From contig CAZDZC010000008.1 of NCBI GenBank assembly GCA_964509835.1, positions 2,136 through 66,135 of the forward strand: DNA of 64,000 nucleotides. Direction: 5' to 3'. The notes under the pieces are model-generated. The model did no database searches. It saw nothing but the letters and a program-made list of their open reading frames with translations, and had not been told where the DNA came from. Position 1 is the stretch's first letter, and each line of letters opens with the position of its first letter. Of this stretch, positions 61,231 through 64,000 are shown piece by piece. This DNA is from an uncultured Acidobacteriota bacterium (lineage in GTDB: Bacteria > Acidobacteriota > G020349885 > CAZDZC01). A program made the position numbers and the translations under genes.

Positions 61231-61473
61231 ATGAACCTTAAATCATTACCACTCCTCACCATCCTTGTTGTTCTGATTGCATTTGCAATTCCCGCCGTTG
61301 CAGACATAGTAGATGAAAATGGTAAACAAGTTGGGATGGTGGTTAAAGATGAATACCTGGGAGATTCTTGGTTTGACATTGATCCTGAAGAGATCAAACT
61401 CTCAAAGTTCGACCTGAAGAACATCGGTCATATTGCGTCGAATGGGATGAAGAGGACAGACTTTCAGCAATAA
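61231..61473 (+). CDS. Small exported hypothetical protein whose 3' end runs into Rhs-derived sequence
   Basis: The ATG at 61231 gives MNLKSLPLLTILVVLIAFAIPAVA, a signal peptide. The last ~12 codons overlap, out of frame, the start of Rhs homology at about 61437. Confidence 0.4.
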   Translation: MNLKSLPLLTILVVLIAFAIPAVADIVDENGKQVGMVVKDEYLGDSWFDIDPEEIKLSKFDLKNIGHIASNGMKRTDFQQ

Positions 61474-61547
61474 AAGAGAACGGAACGGAAATAGCATCCT
61501 ACAAGTATTATATCAACGGGAACAGGTATGAAAAAACGGAAAACGGA

Positions 61548-62504
61548 GTGACAACCGGATATACATACAGCGGAAACTCGGTAATAAAAGAGGAAACTGC
61601 AACTTACACCCGCTATTACACGCACGGACAGGGAATAGACAATGTGATGGCACAGGACGACGGGACTTCAACAAACTATTACTACAAGAACCATCTCGGC
61701 TCTACATCCGTGATATCAAACGGAACATACACAGATGATTACGACTACACCTCCTGGGGCGAACCCGTAGCAAACGCAACGAACTTCCATAATCCGTACA
61801 TCTACACAGGCAGGGAAGCAGCGGAAAACGGGCTGTATTATTACCGGGCTAGGTTCTATGATCCGGGCATTGGAAGGTTCAACTCTGCTGATCCGATGGG
61901 ATTGGGTGCAGGGATTAATCATTTTGCTTATACTTTCAATAATCCTATCTTGTTATCAGATCCATCAGGGTCAGTTCCAAAAGGCAAGGCACTATTTGGA
62001 GTATGTTGTAGACCAGTAAATATTCCAGGAAATCCAGGATTTCAGCACTGCTATATAGCCATGAAAGCTGGAAAACAAGAAAAGACATGGAGCTTGAAAG
62101 GACCTGCATATATGATTGGGACAGGAACATCCATTAAGAATTGGAAAGAAGATGTAGTAAGTGATTCAGATTGCAAATGGGGTACATTTTGTAAGGAGGC
62201 TACAGAGAATTGCATTGATGCTGCACATGATAGCTGGCCAAGTAGAACAGCTTATTTTCCTTTTCCTCCATCATTTTCTGAGTTTTACACATGCAATAGT
62301 TATGCATCACACATTGCTTTTAAATGCGGGATTCCATTTAATCCATGGATTTCTAATAAAATAATTGCTCCTGGTTGGGGTAAAACATATCAGGCACCAG
62401 ATCCATATCCAACCTTTGGTGGTGATGTTGGTCCGGGTGCTGGTCCCTTATCAGGCTATAGGGGAACTCTTCCGTCCTTATCTACATCTCCATTATCGAT
62501 GTAA
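61548..62504 (+). CDS. Orphan (5'-truncated) Rhs/YD-repeat C-terminal module: RHS core end + variable C-terminal toxin domain
   Basis: YD-like sequence in this frame already begins at about 61437 (VEWDEEDRLSAIKENGTEIASYKYY), and the frame opens at 61389. The first start codon is the GTG at 61548. The core end is YYYRARFYDPGIGRFNSADPMGL..YTFNNPILLSDPSG, followed by a 177-aa unique C-terminal domain. Confidence 0.75.
   Translation: MTTGYTYSGNSVIKEETATYTRYYTHGQGIDNVMAQDDGTSTNYYYKNHLGSTSVISNGTYTDDYDYTSWGEPVANATNFHNPYIYTGREAAENGLYYYRARFYDPGIGRFNSADPMGLGAGINHFAYTFNNPILLSDPSGSVPKGKALFGVCCRPVNIPGNPGFQHCYIAMKAGKQEKTWSLKGPAYMIGTGTSIKNWKEDVVSDSDCKWGTFCKEATENCIDAAHDSWPSRTAYFPFPPSFSEFYTCNSYASHIAFKCGIPFNPWISNKIIAPGWGKTYQAPDPYPTFGGDVGPGAGPLSGYRGTLPSLSTSPLSM
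61604..61761 (+). repeat. 158-bp direct repeat, copy 1 (Rhs core segment)
   Basis: 155 of 158 nt are identical to 63709..63866, at an offset of 2105 bp. Confidence 0.95.
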
Positions 62505-62527
62505 TGTCATGTTAGGAGTGGAAAAAT

Positions 62528-63538
62528 ATGAAGATTAAAAGTGAATTTAGTACGTTGTTATTTTCGCTATCCTTATTTTTATTAATAACTGGATGCGTTA
62601 CTGATTCGACAATTGATGTTGATGATGTGACATTCCAAAACGATCTTTCGTCATGGACTATAGTTGCAAAGAGTTTTGATAGTAAGTTGAGTATTTGTAC
62701 TGCGAAGGAATTTGTGGACAAAGAATATAAGCCAATATTCCAGATGAAGGGTGTTGGATTGAATCTAATAAGGACTGCTTTCGTTTTACAGGATGAAAAC
62801 AATATTCTTGTGGAGGAGCCTAATGGAGCTTTTTTTCAAATTGACCGCGAAGGCAACATAACAAAGAATTCAATTCCTGAAATTCCTTCAGCAGCAAGTA
62901 TTTCATATCAACGGGAATTGAACCGACTTTCTTTTTTTAATTATAGAGTATTTAGTCTTCTTTATCTTGATTCTCTTGAATTGCATGAAGTTAGAAAAAT
63001 TACCTATCGTAAAGTCGAGGGATTAAGTTATTCATCATATTCGGACACAGTCCATAGCTGGTCCCCTGATTATAAAAATGTAGTGTACTGCATTGATGGA
63101 AAAGATTTGTATATTCACAATTTCGAATCAGGCAATAATAAATTTCTCGTTTCAGGTATAGAACCATTATGGATACCTGAAACAGCAAAGATAGTATATA
63201 GGTCAGATCCATCTAAAAAACCTCGTTCACGAGAATCAAAATATTACAATATATGCCAAATCAACTCTGATGGATCTAATAATGAGGTTCTAATTTCAGA
63301 AAAAGAATTAAAATCGTGGACAAGAGAAATCTTTACAATATATAGCTGGAGCGGTGTACTTACAAATCTCTTTTGCTCTCCTGATGGTAAGTATTTAGTG
63401 TTTGGTGTAATTACAGGGGAGGGACATAGTGGATATAATTATGTATTCTTTGATCTAGCAACGAGAAAATTTTATATAACAGGATCCGGATTTAACTATA
63501 AAATCTTGCAAACCTTAGCTCTGACGGAAGCTCCTTAA
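62528..63538 (+). CDS. Lipoprotein with TolB-like (PD40/WD40-like) beta-propeller repeats: candidate immunity protein
   Basis: 336 aa. Lipobox LLITGC and PD40-like motifs (WSPDYKNVVY, CSPDGKYLVFG). It lies 23 nt downstream of the Rhs toxin module in very AT-rich DNA. Confidence 0.6.
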   Translation: MKIKSEFSTLLFSLSLFLLITGCVTDSTIDVDDVTFQNDLSSWTIVAKSFDSKLSICTAKEFVDKEYKPIFQMKGVGLNLIRTAFVLQDENNILVEEPNGAFFQIDREGNITKNSIPEIPSAASISYQRELNRLSFFNYRVFSLLYLDSLELHEVRKITYRKVEGLSYSSYSDTVHSWSPDYKNVVYCIDGKDLYIHNFESGNNKFLVSGIEPLWIPETAKIVYRSDPSKKPRSRESKYYNICQINSDGSNNEVLISEKELKSWTREIFTIYSWSGVLTNLFCSPDGKYLVFGVITGEGHSGYNYVFFDLATRKFYITGSGFNYKILQTLALTEAP

Positions 63539-63592
63539 TTATAAACTATTGACAATTCGATCGTACTGAAAGAAAATTAGATCCATGAGAAA

Positions 63593-63946
63593 ATGAGTAA
63601 ACCCGCTGAAATAATGAAGACTACAAACGCAACACCCGTGAACTACAGCTATTATCAGAACGCCAGGAGCAGCAACTCCCAGCTCCTGCAATCAGACGGC
63701 GTCTGGAATTACACCCGCTATTACACGCATGGACAGGGAATAGACAATGTGATGGCAAAGGACGACGGGACTTCAACAAACTATTACTACAAGAACCATC
63801 TCGGCTCTACATCCGTGATATCAAACGGAACATACACAGATGATTACGATTACACCTCCTGGGGCGGGATTGTGACAGGCAGCTCAATGCCCGGGGAGGG
63901 GAATTCGACGGAGTTTATCCTGAGCCTGTCGAAGGGCTCAGCCTGA
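63593..63946 (+). pseudogene. Second Rhs core remnant, truncated before the DPxGL motif
   Basis: WNYTRYYTHGQGIDNVMAKDDGTSTNYYYKNHLGSTSVISNGTYTDDYDYTSWG is near-identical to 61548 ORF residues 18-71. It then diverges into unrelated sequence and stops. Confidence 0.7.
63709..63866 (+). repeat. 158-bp direct repeat, copy 2 (Rhs core segment)
   Basis: 155 of 158 nt are identical to 61604..61761. Confidence 0.95.
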
Positions 63947-64000
63947 CGGGGAATCATTGGTCAAACATCACATAATTTGCGCTGTTTATCATATAAACAT

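Noticed and set aside
63900-63946. Short hairpin CTGAGCC-N8-GGCTCAG at the end of the second Rhs remnant as a terminator or REP-like element
   Set aside because: The stem is only 7 bp, there is no T-tract, and there is only a single copy in the window. Evidence is insufficient.
1-64000. tRNA, rRNA, tmRNA, RNase P, transposase or integrase genes
   Set aside because: I scanned intergenic regions and ORF translations and saw no cloverleaf-like sequences, rRNA-like conserved blocks, or DDE/tyrosine/serine recombinase motifs. A negative result by eye cannot replace tRNAscan or Infernal.

Overview
This is a densely coding bacterial chromosomal segment. By eye I found no rRNA, tRNA, CRISPR array, transposase or integrase. 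All protein calls rest on motifs read from the supplied translations and remembered family signatures; no searches were run.

Layout:
- 1-16.2 kb, core metabolism: a possible CHAD-like fragment, ppx, a PfkB/HldE-like kinase, an M42 peptidase, a sulfatase, and a CBS-containing ABC ATPase with its permease. These are followed by one co-directional block, sdhCDAB-sucCD-korDABC-ndk, that ends in a clear intrinsic terminator.
- 16.3-27.1 kb, accessory cell-surface and cell-wall block: a small exported protein plus a 1171-aa tail-fibre-like protein, a DUF4143 ATPase, a truncated DUF1016 gene, an 814-aa CHAP-domain protein and a PG-binding lipoprotein. The block ends in a roughly 300-bp array of 14 strictly phased 21-bp repeats.
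- 27-42 kb: a TonB-dependent receptor operon (including a Pmp3/YqaE mini-gene missing from the ORF track), a PDZ protein, an NPD-family oxidoreductase, an NfeD/flotillin pair, an SGNH hydrolase and a MacAB-type efflux cluster.
- 42.4-46.1 kb: a non-pyrrolysine MttB-family methyltransferase, a corrinoid protein, a MetH-activation-like domain and a homocysteine S-methyltransferase domain.
- 46.5-53.4 kb: a second, paralogous MacAB-type cluster with roughly 800-aa double permeases.
- 53.6-64 kb, conflict/defence-island-like region around ppk1: an overlapping GNAT and ParB-like pair, a Lys-tailed HTH protein, a DUF4258/YgiT toxin-antitoxin pair, a tandem-repeat coiled-coil protein, an ABC-type ATPase translationally coupled to a DUF4276 protein, and orphan Rhs C-terminal toxin/immunity cassettes.

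The ATPase + DUF4276 pair has an OLD/PARIS/AbiL-like architecture. It is my best candidate for an uncharacterised defence system.
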